From: Octopus bimaculoides
Taxonomy: Eukaryota
Assembly: GCF_001194135.2 (NCBI RefSeq)
Contig: NC_068984.1
Span: 129,558,306-129,596,344 of the forward strand
Length of the DNA: 38,039 nucleotides
Reading direction: 5' to 3'
This document shows, piece after piece, positions 21,263 to 31,669 of this stretch. A program made the translations under genes and the position numbers. The notes below the pieces were generated by a model. The model was not told the DNA's origin. It searched no databases and worked only from the letters and a program-made list of their open reading frames with translations. The first letter of the stretch is position 1; the number at the start of each line of letters is the position of its first letter.

Positions 21263-21416
21263 GATACGAATTGATGTCTAAAGAGTGAAGAAGCAATCAT
21301 GACGTTAACGTAGAATAAAAGTGAATAAAACCTTTGAAAATCCCAATTTAACAACACGATTAATTTCTTTTGGAGTTTGATCGTCAAACTGATTCACTGT
21401 TGACAAATTAGAAACG
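21255..21416 (+). other. Putative non-coding exon 1 of gene C
   Basis: Motif at 21263-21283 and donor ACG|GTAAGT at 21417. Confidence 0.65.
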
Positions 21417-23734
21417 GTAAGTTGACAATGATTTACTTGAATATATATATACTAATGTGTGTAAATACAGAATTATTTCGTGAACCCTTCAACCATACAG
21501 TCATTCAATACACATAGAAACACACCGAAACAAAAATATTGACTCGTCGTTATCGCCTTGAAGATTTTTACCTACAGAATAATACTTCCACATTGGAACG
21601 TTGCTCTGTTATTTTTGAAGAAGGAAAGAGAAAAGAAAAAGAAAACGCACCCTTGTTGCCTGTAATATAAAATAAATTACAGATCTGTTAATTGAAAACC
21701 CTTTTCATGTTGCTAATTACACAACTCTCTTCACAATTACATTATGCTCTGAAATGACTGATTACACACATTTTAAACCAAAAAATGTACTCTAACGAAT
21801 CTAATAATATTTATTCGTGCATTAAGTTTATTTTTAATAATTATTTTATCTTTTGTAATAAAATTCGCTGGTGTCTGGATATGGAACGAAAAGAACTGTA
21901 TGTGATGAGAAACATGGGTTTGGGTGATTCATAGTCTCTACATAAAAATATTCAACTACATAAATTTTCATAAATTGTCAGGTTGAAACTCTTGGAAATG
22001 ATTACCAGTCTTTTATTAATTACACCTTCAGTAGTACAAACTATTTTTGCATTGGTTTTATATTATCGTACATTGTAGGGAAAGGTCTAGAATAAGGTTT
22101 TTGATTTGTAATTGAATTACCGATGTTGATGGCAGAATTTCACTAAAACTAGGGCTGTCCACTGTTAAATTGTAAGTTGATGTTAACATAGAAGACGCAT
22201 TGCAGAATTTTTGAGACTTTTTCATGAGAGACATTTATTACTTTCAAAGAAATAGAAAACTCGGTTAATATCTAGTTTAACACCCGGCCACAAAAAAAAA
22301 AAAAGAAAGAAAGAAGTGTATTACGTGTGAAAAATGTGTAGGAAACGAATCTGAAAACAAAAAATTGCGCAAAAGAACCCATACATCCATTTTTTCCATA
22401 CATACATTTTTCATATATCCATCTTTCTCCATTTTCTCCAGTGGCTCATACTAGCTTCATTTCTTTCAAGCCTACATATGTCCTCAACAGTCATGGCTCA
22501 TGTTTCACTGGCGTTTAGCTTGGCAGTACGCACACAAGAGGCCCTTTGTCATCAGCAGAGGTAGGAGCTATCTGAACTTTGCCCAGGCTATTTTTTTTCT
22601 AGACCATAACCCACACCACCAGATATTTTAAGCATCTCAGCAACAATTCCTGATGGGCTGGGAGCTTTTCCTGACTTCATATCCTTAATTGCTTTATCTA
22701 CCATGGTGCTATCAAGTCAGGTAGCTGGTACCTCGACTGGGTCAACATTTGGCAGGCTCTCCTCCTCCCATTCATTTTCCACATTCAGCAGCCTTTCATA
22801 ATAGCATTTTCAAGCCTCTTTCTTTGCAGAATCATTAAAAGCAAATGCACCATCATCCATGTGGACACATTTCTTTCAGGTAGCATCACAATTTTCTCTC
22901 ACACACTGTTTTGCAATCCGAAATACTTCAGTTCTTTGGTCCTCAAAATTGGCAAACTTCTTTTTTGCTTCTCCTTTGGCTATATATACCTATCTCTCAG
23001 CCTCTCTTCTGGCTATCTGGTACAGTTCCCTGTTACCCCCACTCTTCCAGAGCTGTCTCTTTGCTTTAATGGCCTTATTTACTGTATTATTCCACCCCCA
23101 CGTTACTCTATGTCTGGAAGGAACTTTGCACCAACTGCAGATTTGGTCCGTGGTGCTCAGTAAGAAGTCACTTAGGAATTTCCAGTTACCCTCTCTGTAG
23201 CTCCTCCTCCTTCTCGTCAAATTTCTCAATGAGGATGTCCCTAAATCTCTGACCATGTGAAGGGTTCTTAAGCTTCCAAATCCTTCTTTTCTGGATTGGT
23301 CTGCTTCTTAGCATCCTTCTGGCCTCGAGTCTAAAGTCACTAATAACTAGTCTATGCTGGTGGGAGGGGGTACATTATTCATCANNNNNNNNNNNNTTGT
23401 ATTTAAGAGCAACCATGCATCCCACTGTCTGGTGAGAATTATTTGAATAACTCATGTCAATATCTGTAACTTACATCATGGGAATATTGAACTTTAAGAT
23501 TTATAAAGTTTATCATATAAATTGAAAGATATCCTACAGTGTATAAGCATGTGTCCATATGAAGATCTTGCATTATTTAGAAACCTTACTGTTTCTTTTT
23601 CTTTAAACTTCTTGTTCCATTATCACAATTTATCTATCTATCTATCTATGTTGTGTAATTTGTTAATCTGTATGTAGGAAAATTTCCATATTGATCTCTC
23701 CTCTGTTTCTTATATTGTTTCTTTATTATTTCAG
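21417..23734 (+). other. Putative intron 1 of gene C
   Basis: Conserved donor, and acceptor TTTCTTTATTATTTCAG|ATTAAC at 23734. Confidence 0.7.
22435..23384 (-). mobile_element. RTE-clade LINE fragment with the RT core deleted
   Basis: HRLVISDF..WKLK, W(G)WNNTVNKAIKAKRQLWK, YYERLLNVENEW and MKSGKAPSPSGIVAEMLKI are joined almost directly to SET*AMTVEDICRLERNEASM. Confidence 0.8.
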
Positions 23735-24033
23735 ATTAACAGACAACATTGACACAACAGAATTTATTTTTACATTGGATACATCTTCAATATTTGTAAC
23801 CTTTAAAGTCTAAAGAAAAATGTTATACAAGACATGCTATTAATCTATGGTGGAATTACTGTGAATTATTTGCTCTGAACTGAGGATTAATAGCAACATT
23901 TCTCAACCTCATAGATTGGTGCTTTTGCCTTTTAGTTAAACTACAATGAATTTTTAAAGGTGTTGATAGCCTCTAGATATCAATCAAGATTACAGTTGAT
24001 AACAGTAGACAGGGTTTCTATATTCTTTGAAGA

Positions 24034-25608
24034 ATGTCAAAAAATTTACAAGAGAAACCATTTTATTGTGAAATCTGTGGTAAATCATTTTTACGAAAAA
24101 ATGACTTAATTAAACACGTACGTATTCACACAGGTGAGAAACCATTTCACTGCGATATTTGTGGTAGATCATTTTCTGTAAGTAGTTCCTTAACTATTCA
24201 CAAACATATTCATACAGGAGAGAAGCCACATCACTGTGATATCTGTGGTAAATCATTCTCTGAATGCGCTAAATTAAGTAGACATAAACGTATTCATACA
24301 GGAGAGAAACCATTTCATTGCAATATCTGTGGTAAATCGTTCTCTCAAAATTCTGGTTTAACTACTCACAAACATATTCATACTGGAGAAAAACCATATC
24401 ATTGTGATATCTGTGGTAAATCATTCTCTAAAAGTAGTGGTGTAACTAGACACAAACTTATTCATACAGGAGAAAAACCATATCGGTGTGATATCTGCGG
24501 TAAATCATTCTCTACAAATAGTGACTTAACTGAACACATACGTATGCACACAGGGGAGAAACCATTTCACTGTGATATTTGTGGTAAATCATTCTCTCGA
24601 AGAAGTGTGTTAACTACTCACAAACGCATTCATACAGGAGAGAAACCATATCAGTGTGATGTCTGTGGTAAATCATTCTCTCAGAAAACTGTTTTAACTC
24701 ATCACAAACGTATACATACAGGGGAGAAGCCATATCACTGTCGTATCTGTGGTAAACCATTCTTTCGAAATAGTGACTTGACTAAACATGTACGTATGCA
24801 TACAGGAGAGAAACCATATCAGTGTAACACTTGTGGTAAATCGTTCTCTGCAAGTAGTGACTTAACTAAACATGTACGTTTTCATACAGGAGAGAAGCCA
24901 TATCACTGTCGTATCTGTGGTAAATCATTCTTTCGAAATAGTGACTTAACTAAACATGTGCATAGGCATACAGGAGAGAAACCATTTCACTGTGATATCT
25001 GTGGTAAATCATTCTCTGAAAATAGTGGCTTAACTCAACACGAACATATGCATACAGGAGAGAAACTGTATCAATGTCATATGTGTGATAAATCATTCTT
25101 GCGAAATAGTGGCTTAACTAAGCATGTGCGTATACATGCAGGAGAGAAACTATTTCATTGTGATATTTGTAAAAAGTCATTCATAGAAAGTAATGGATTA
25201 AGTAGACATAAACGTATTCATACAGGAGAGAAACCATTTCGCTGTGATATCTGTGGTAAATTATTCTCTGAAAATAGTGGCTTAACTAAGCACAAGCGTA
25301 TGCATACTGGAGAGAAGCCATATCAGTGTGATATTTGTAGTAAATCATTCTCTCAAAATAGTGTCTTAACGAACCACAAACGTATTCATACAGGGGAGAA
25401 ACCATATCACTGTGATATCTGTGGTAAATCATTCTCTCAAAATAGTAACTTTACTCAACATATGCGTATACATACAGGAGAGAAAACATTTTGCTGTGAT
25501 ATCTGTGGTAAGTCATTTGCTGATAATTGTGGCTTAATTAAACATGTATGTATGCGAACAGGGGAGAAACCATTTCTCTCTGATACCTGTGGTAAATCTT
25601 TCTCTTGA
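24034..25608 (+). CDS. C2H2 zinc-finger protein C, 17 intact fingers plus one degenerate and one partial
   Basis: 524-aa ORF of 28-aa C2H2 repeats with TGEKP linkers. Confidence 0.93.
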   Translation: MSKNLQEKPFYCEICGKSFLRKNDLIKHVRIHTGEKPFHCDICGRSFSVSSSLTIHKHIHTGEKPHHCDICGKSFSECAKLSRHKRIHTGEKPFHCNICGKSFSQNSGLTTHKHIHTGEKPYHCDICGKSFSKSSGVTRHKLIHTGEKPYRCDICGKSFSTNSDLTEHIRMHTGEKPFHCDICGKSFSRRSVLTTHKRIHTGEKPYQCDVCGKSFSQKTVLTHHKRIHTGEKPYHCRICGKPFFRNSDLTKHVRMHTGEKPYQCNTCGKSFSASSDLTKHVRFHTGEKPYHCRICGKSFFRNSDLTKHVHRHTGEKPFHCDICGKSFSENSGLTQHEHMHTGEKLYQCHMCDKSFLRNSGLTKHVRIHAGEKLFHCDICKKSFIESNGLSRHKRIHTGEKPFRCDICGKLFSENSGLTKHKRMHTGEKPYQCDICSKSFSQNSVLTNHKRIHTGEKPYHCDICGKSFSQNSNFTQHMRIHTGEKTFCCDICGKSFADNCGLIKHVCMRTGEKPFLSDTCGKSFS

Positions 25609-25878
25609 AGTTGAGACTTATCTACACACAATCATATTCAGTCAAGGTAGAAACCATGTGACTGTGATGTCTGTAGTAAATCATTCTCTCAAAGGACTCA
25701 CTTAACTAAACACATATGCATTCATGCAGGGGAGAAATCATTTCATTCTGATGTGTCTGCGATAAAAGATTCTCTGGATGTGGTGAATTAATTAACCAGA
25801 TTTATATTTTTATAGGAAAATCCATTTGCACAAAAACGCAACTCAACTTCACATATATCTTTCTGTACAAAAATGTGA
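25609..25878 (+). pseudogene. Fossil zinc fingers in the 3' UTR of gene C
   Basis: In-frame after stops: intact-looking [25 protein letters not shown], and the terminal PFAQKRNSTSHISFCTKM* homologous to the end of A. Confidence 0.8.
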
Positions 25879-26250
25879 CTTTTTGTTTGTCAGAATTGAT
25901 TACTACTCACAATAACAACCAACATTGTATGACCATTTACATTGCTAAATCATGAACTAGACTTGTGGACTGAACAGTAATCAATGAAACCATGACAAAC
26001 TATATTCTCACCATGGTTCTCTTTTTGAGGTAGTGTTTTACAGCCAGATGCCCTCTTGCATGAGATACATGTGGCTTATTTGGACACATGCTCTTTGTTA
26101 AGCTTCGTTTTATTTAAAAAATAACTTGTATCACCACAAATGTATTTAAACTGGACAGAAGACATAGCAGTGTTATAGGAAGCTGCTGTGACTATATATT
26201 TTATCATCACAATTACCTCTACAGTGCTGAGATAAGATTGTGATATTTTG

Positions 26251-26256
26251 AATAAA
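26251..26256 (+). terminator. Polyadenylation signal AATAAA of gene C
   Basis: Conserved context AATAAAAGCATA. Confidence 0.6.
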
Positions 26257-26837
26257 AGCATAATATATATTCCATATTTTCCTGGGACAGAAAAGATACA
26301 ATTGATATTATATGATAGAGATAAATAACTGATAAATGTATTCCTCAGAGATCAGTAATAACATCACTGGACAGTTGTAATGTTGCCAATAATGAATTGT
26401 AAAGGAAAATTATTCATTATACCATAATAGAATATATGAATAAAGTTGAATCACTGGCGATTTTTTTTTTTTTCTTTTTTCCCCCGTCTCCCTTTTTTAT
26501 TAGACTTTCTTCTGTCTCTGACAAAGAGCTTTGCTCGAAATGTAAAAGCACCTTTCTTTCCTTCCCTGAGCGTCTGCTAATACTTTACATGTACCACATC
26601 CTTGCGTTGTTATTTTGTTGTGTTCTTCGTTTTTTTAGATTTACTATATATATGAGAATTGACACAATTACCTGCCGCGCATATATTCTATTAATATACA
26701 TATTTTAAGAGTTCCGCATAACAGGAGACAACTTTAAAATTTTCATAGTATGTTTTAGAAAACACTCCTAAAGTCCCTTCAAAAGGTAATGGGCTCTCAG
26801 TGATTTTTTTTTAAATGTAGAATTGATGAAAAATAAG

Positions 26838-27000
26838 TATTGGTTTCAAATTTTGGCACAAGGCTAGCAACTTCGTGGGAAGAGGTAAGTCGATTGCATT
26901 GACCTCAGTACTCAACTGTACATATTTTATCGACCCCGAAAGGATGAAAGGGAAAGTCGAGCTCTGCAGAATTTGAAACCAGGACGTAAAGACGGACGAG
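26838..27000 (-). mobile_element. SINE family S4 copy, head truncated by the adjacent S3 copy
   Basis: TTATCGACCCCGAAAGGATGAAAG..AAAGTCGA..GAATTTGAA, shared with 30490, 30890, 32180 and 37295. Confidence 0.8.
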
Positions 27001-27353
27001 AGGTGTGGCTGTGGTAAGAAGTTTGCTTCAGAATAACATGGCTTGAGGTTCAGTCCCATTGAATGACGCACCTTGGGTAAGTGTCTTCTACTATAACTTC
27101 GAGCAGACCAAAGCCTTATGAGTGGATTTGGTAGACGGTAACAGAAAGAAGGCCGTACATCTACAACACACACACACACACGTTTGTTTGTCCCCACTCA
27201 CCACTTGACAAATGGTGTTTGTTTACATTTCTGTAACTTAGCGGTTCGGTAAAAATAGAAAGAATAAGTACTGAAGTAAATTTGTTCGACTAAAACCCTT
27301 GGAAGGCGAGCCCTCATCATGGCCGCAATGCAGTAACCGAAACAAGTGATAAG
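27001..27353 (+). mobile_element. SINE family S3 copy
   Basis: Aligns to 19141 and 36761, with an internal (CA)n. Confidence 0.75.
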
Positions 27354-28084
27354 GAGCAATTAACGGGAAATTATTCCCAAATAAAAGTAAGTGGAGTGAT
27401 CTCCCCTACATGAGTAATTCGGGAAGCGTTATCGTGTGCAAATAGTAACTAGCTTGCAAAATATAGAATGTCTTTTTGGTTGCTGTCACAAATTCCGTAT
27501 TTTATCAATTTTGTTCCCATTGTTTTCAAATTTGGTATGCCAATTTTAGCTTTGTAAGTAAATAATTATGAAAATGAAATTCACCTTCGCTATAAATAAA
27601 AAAAAATCATGTTAATAGTTTTTAAAGTTTGACTTTGGCTAATTTTATCCAATCGAAAACCACCGTTGCACACATGCCAGTAACTCTCACATTAGTGTCT
27701 GTTTCCATAGTAACAAACAAAGCTGAAGTCTGCTTGCTTTTCCATTGTAATAAGAACACTGTCTCCGTGCGACTGTGACACTTTTACTACCGCAACCACC
27801 ACCACCACAAGTTTTGTCGAGAATCATTTTGTGATAGACAGCAATTACATCTCTTTTTCTAATAGCTTACATTTTACGCTTCATTTCCACACTGATCACT
27901 TATATTTATAAAACCACTTGTGTCTTAATTTTTTTTTTTTATATCAGTAGTTGCATTTAATTTGAAATCATATTTCTTCAAAATCTCTCTAATTTACAGC
28001 CTTTTTTCTTCTTTTTTTTAATGAATGTCTCGTCAAAAGGGAAATCTACATTTGGTTGGGACTATAATTCGAACTAATACCTAT

Positions 28085-28590
28085 AAAATTTGGTTAATAT
28101 ACAGTTTAATACCCAGTCACGAAAACAAAATACCCCAGCCTGATAGGTGTAAAAAGATGCGTAGAAAACGAATATGAAAACAAAACTTTGCGCAAACGAA
28201 AGGGGCAGATGGGTGGGGAGAGGACTTTCGGAGAATACACAAGATCCGATTTTTCCCTTATAACTTTCAGGAAAATGGATATAAGTGAAATTCTATAGAG
28301 ATACCGTTCAAATGGCACAGATTACGATGATGAAGAAATTTGTGGGGAAAATGCGTTCCGAATGGGTGGGGAGAGGACCGTCGGAAAATTCACACGATCC
28401 GTTTTTTCCCCCCACTCATAACTTTCAGGATCTAGTTTAGCACCCGGTCACCAAAACGAAAAAAATACTAGTCTAATAGGCGTAAAAAAAAAAAAAAGGT
28501 AGAAAACGAATATGAAAACAAAAATTTGCGCAAACGAACGGGGTGGGTTGAAGGGGAGGACTTTCGGAAAATTTACACGATCCGATTGGA
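28085..28590 (+). repeat. Locally duplicated unclassified repeat units (28085-28270, 28350-28430, 28435-28590)
   Basis: Shared GTAGAAAACGAATATGAAAACAAAA.TTTGCGCAAACGAA and GAGGAC.TTCGGA.AAT..ACA.GATCCG. Related copy at 22260-22380. Confidence 0.75.
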
Positions 28591-29959
28591 TTTCGTTTGT
28601 TTCATTTACCAAATCAGCCCCCTTCAATTTTGCTCTGATTTTAAGTTCATAAAATGTGTATGGCGAAAGGATGCTATTCAACTAGTAAGAAAAGCTGTTG
28701 ATTCGTTTAGTCACTGCGCACACACGCATATAATACACTCATGCTAACACATCACCCTCTACCCACATCTTTCCCCATCCACATCTTTACTATATGGGGC
28801 CTAACAAAATCCGATCATAAGTATAAAAAGAAATCAGGCATAACTTGGGGATCGGTCGACTTACATCGTTCTTCGTCTTGAGTTTACTTTGTAGAGTGTT
28901 TTTCTTAACTTGACATGGTCAAGGTGAGCTCTGATTGGTTGTATGCAAATGAATTCATTACTGGGGTCCGGAACTCTCGTGTGGGGGAGGGTGAATTTCG
29001 CGAAGTTTAGTGTGTCATGATAGCTAATGTTAACAGAGCGAGGCAGCAGGAATTGAATTGAATGAGGTTAGGGAAGACACAGGGAAATATTTTGGAGAGA
29101 GGGAAGAGAAGAAACAAAAATTAGGTATATAGAGAGAAATCAGTAAGGAATGAAATTAATGAAAAAAATGCAATTAGGTGTCGCATGATAAACGAGGGCG
29201 TTAAAGCTAAGAGAAAGAATAAGAATTGCTAAACAAGAAAAGAAAAGGAACAAAATGTGAACGATAGTGATAAGCATGAGATAAATAAACATGTTAAAAG
29301 AGAAAAATAATACATGGTTAAAAAGTTTATACAAGAATACCCAGAATAGATTTCAGGGTTAGAGAGAAAATAGAAATTGAATAGGATAGAGCAGAATATT
29401 TGTATAAGGCGCGTAACCGTGCTAGGGATCAGATATTTCAAGAAGCCGTTTAGTATTGGAGTAAAGAATATACCCTGGCTTTATTGGGGAGTTCTGCGAT
29501 TCCACGGTGAAGCCAAAACAACACATTTGGCAAACTACTCAGTCAAATGAAATTGTAATATACTTGTTTACTAAATTAATGCAGTACTTTTAAGTAAGCA
29601 GAAAGAAATTCATCGAAGTAAGACACGAAAACCCAATTGAACTCGTCTATCTTCTTCCGACTAATTGAAATTAAAAGACTCCAAATGTTAAGTAGCCATG
29701 GCTTAATAAAGACACCCATTTCATTCATATGACAAATTATTAAGAAACATGTGTATGACAATATATATATGCATTCATGGTTTTTATGATGGCTTGTATT
29801 TACTTAGAGAAAAAAAAAATGGTTAAAATTTTGCTTTATTAAGCTTTACTTTTCGTCCGTTTTTATTAAGTACTATATTTCGTTTATTCCGAATTCACGA
29901 TATGAGGCAATTTTATTAATGTCAGATACACAGAAGAGCGATTCGTATTTGTTGATGTC

Positions 29960-30190
29960 AGGTGTATTTGTTGACGCAGTGGGGAGCGAGTTTTGGTCAA
30001 TCGTTTTTGGTAATGTGGTGCGGTAAGAGTGTTGGTCATTCGTATTGGTCGACTTGGTGGGGAGCGAGTGTTGGTCACTTGTGTAGATGATGGGATTGAG
30101 AACAGTATTTGGTCGTGTAATTGGTGATCTGCATTGGTCAGTCTTATTCGGCCTCGTAGGTGACATTGTGTTGGTCGATTGCATTTTATA
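29960..30190. repeat. Degenerate minisatellite built on a TTGGTC motif
   Basis: Units such as GTGGGGAGCGAGT(G/T)TTGGTCA recur every ~35-45 bp. Confidence 0.6.
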
Positions 30191-30489
30191 AGTCGAGGGA
30201 CAGTGTTCATCATTGGTAACCTGAACACTTACATTTTTGTCACTGACTGGACTGTTCTTTGATCTGTTATTTCAAGGAAGAAAACATTTCTATGAGTCAG
30301 TTAGTTCATAAATAATTTTTAAATTATCAAAGTAGAAATGTGAATGGACAAACTTACTACGATCGGTAATAGCATAAAAGTAGACACGTGAAAAGAGACA
30401 GATTTACCAAAGCTTGTAAGATACGCAAATTACGAGGTAGACTTACTGCGGCCTAGTGAATGGCTAACGTTAACAGTGCCGGATAATAG

Positions 30490-30702
30490 ATTTCTTTCTA
30501 CGATAGGACAAAGCCTGAAATTTTGGATGAGGAGGTAAGTCGATTATATAGTCCCCAGTGCTCAACTGATATTTGCGTTATCGACCTCGAAAGGATGAAA
30601 AGCAAAGTCAACATCGATGGAATTTGATCTCAGAACGTAAAGACGGACGAAATGCCGCTATGCATTTTATTCACAGAGTTGATGATTCTGTTAGCTCGCC
30701 GC
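30490..30702 (-). mobile_element. SINE family S4 copy
   Basis: Same core as 26838. Inverted partner at 30890. Confidence 0.8.
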
Positions 30703-30889
30703 ATAGTGCCGGAAAAAATATTGAAAGAATGTCTACCAAAAGTACACAGTACAGTGCCTTTGGTAGGAATGATCAAACAACCATATAATAATGTTGAAGC
30801 GAGATCAAGTGGATGGTATATGAAATTCACTGCTCTTGGGTCTAAAATTGTTGCTTATGGACAGAACATCAATGCTATTTGTCCTATGA

Positions 30890-31073
30890 GGCAGCGAGCT
30901 GCCAGAATCGTTAGCTCGCCGGGAAAAATGCTTAATGGCATTTCGTCCGTCTTTACGTTATGAATTCAAATTCCGTCAAGGTCGACTTTGCCTTTCAACC
31001 CTTGAATCGAGGTAATCGACTTAGCCCCTCCACCAAAATTGCCGGCTTTGCGCCAAAATTTTAGATCGATATT
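30890..31073 (+). mobile_element. SINE family S4 copy (internally deleted)
   Basis: GGCAGCGAGCTG..GAATCGTTAGC head and GTCGACTTTGCCTTTCA core. Confidence 0.8.
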
Positions 31074-31494
31074 ATCTTACACCTAACTGCTCAAGGTGAA
31101 AATATACCAGATCAGCTTGGAGTATGTAGTTGGGAAGGGAAGGAGGGAGTATCTGCGATAATCCAGTATCCTAACCAGAGTGAGATTTATCACTTGCTTC
31201 TCACCATCAAGCTCCAAAAGCCATTTGGAGTTTCGGAAGCATTCACATTCGTTTCACTGCAAGTAGATAGCGAGAGCGCTATAAAATTGAATTCTTTTAT
31301 TGACTTGTGGTTCCGAGTTCAACTCCTCGATAAAATTAGAAGAGGTATTAATGTCTCAGAAATTATAATCTATTCTCTCAAATGTATCATGGCTCTATAC
31401 ATGGTCTGCATCTACGACACAAAAAAAGGTTTAGAACAATTGTTGGTTGAACAACAATGGAGTCGGAACGGACTACTTGGTACGGAGGAGATCA

Positions 31495-31630
31495 AAACCA
31501 ATAATAAATTATCAAAGTGTGACTTGAAAAGCTCACTACAGATACCTCTCATTCTCTTTAAGGTAGTTGTTTTGGAATCCACCCATGATCTCTCAATAGC
31601 CTGAGTATGTGCTCCTGTCACTAGATTCAC
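31495..31630 (-). mobile_element. Merlin / IS1595 (ISXO2-like) DDE transposase C-terminal relic
   Basis: VNLVTGAHTQAIERSWVDSKTTTLKRMRG....KSHFD matches the GAHTQxIExxW...MRG...SHLD motif containing the catalytic Glu. Confidence 0.75.
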
Positions 31631-31669
31631 AATTGTTAAAATTAACTCAGGTTAAGAGGGTAATAAAAG

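Noticed and set aside
7697-25608. 84-bp periodic repeats resembling a CRISPR-like repeat-spacer array
   Set aside because: The periodicity is the C2H2 finger/linker coding repeat in open reading frames. There are no cas genes and the context is eukaryotic.
29873-30228. Thr/Asn-rich ORFs on the minus strand
   Set aside because: Explained by the TTGGTC minisatellite.
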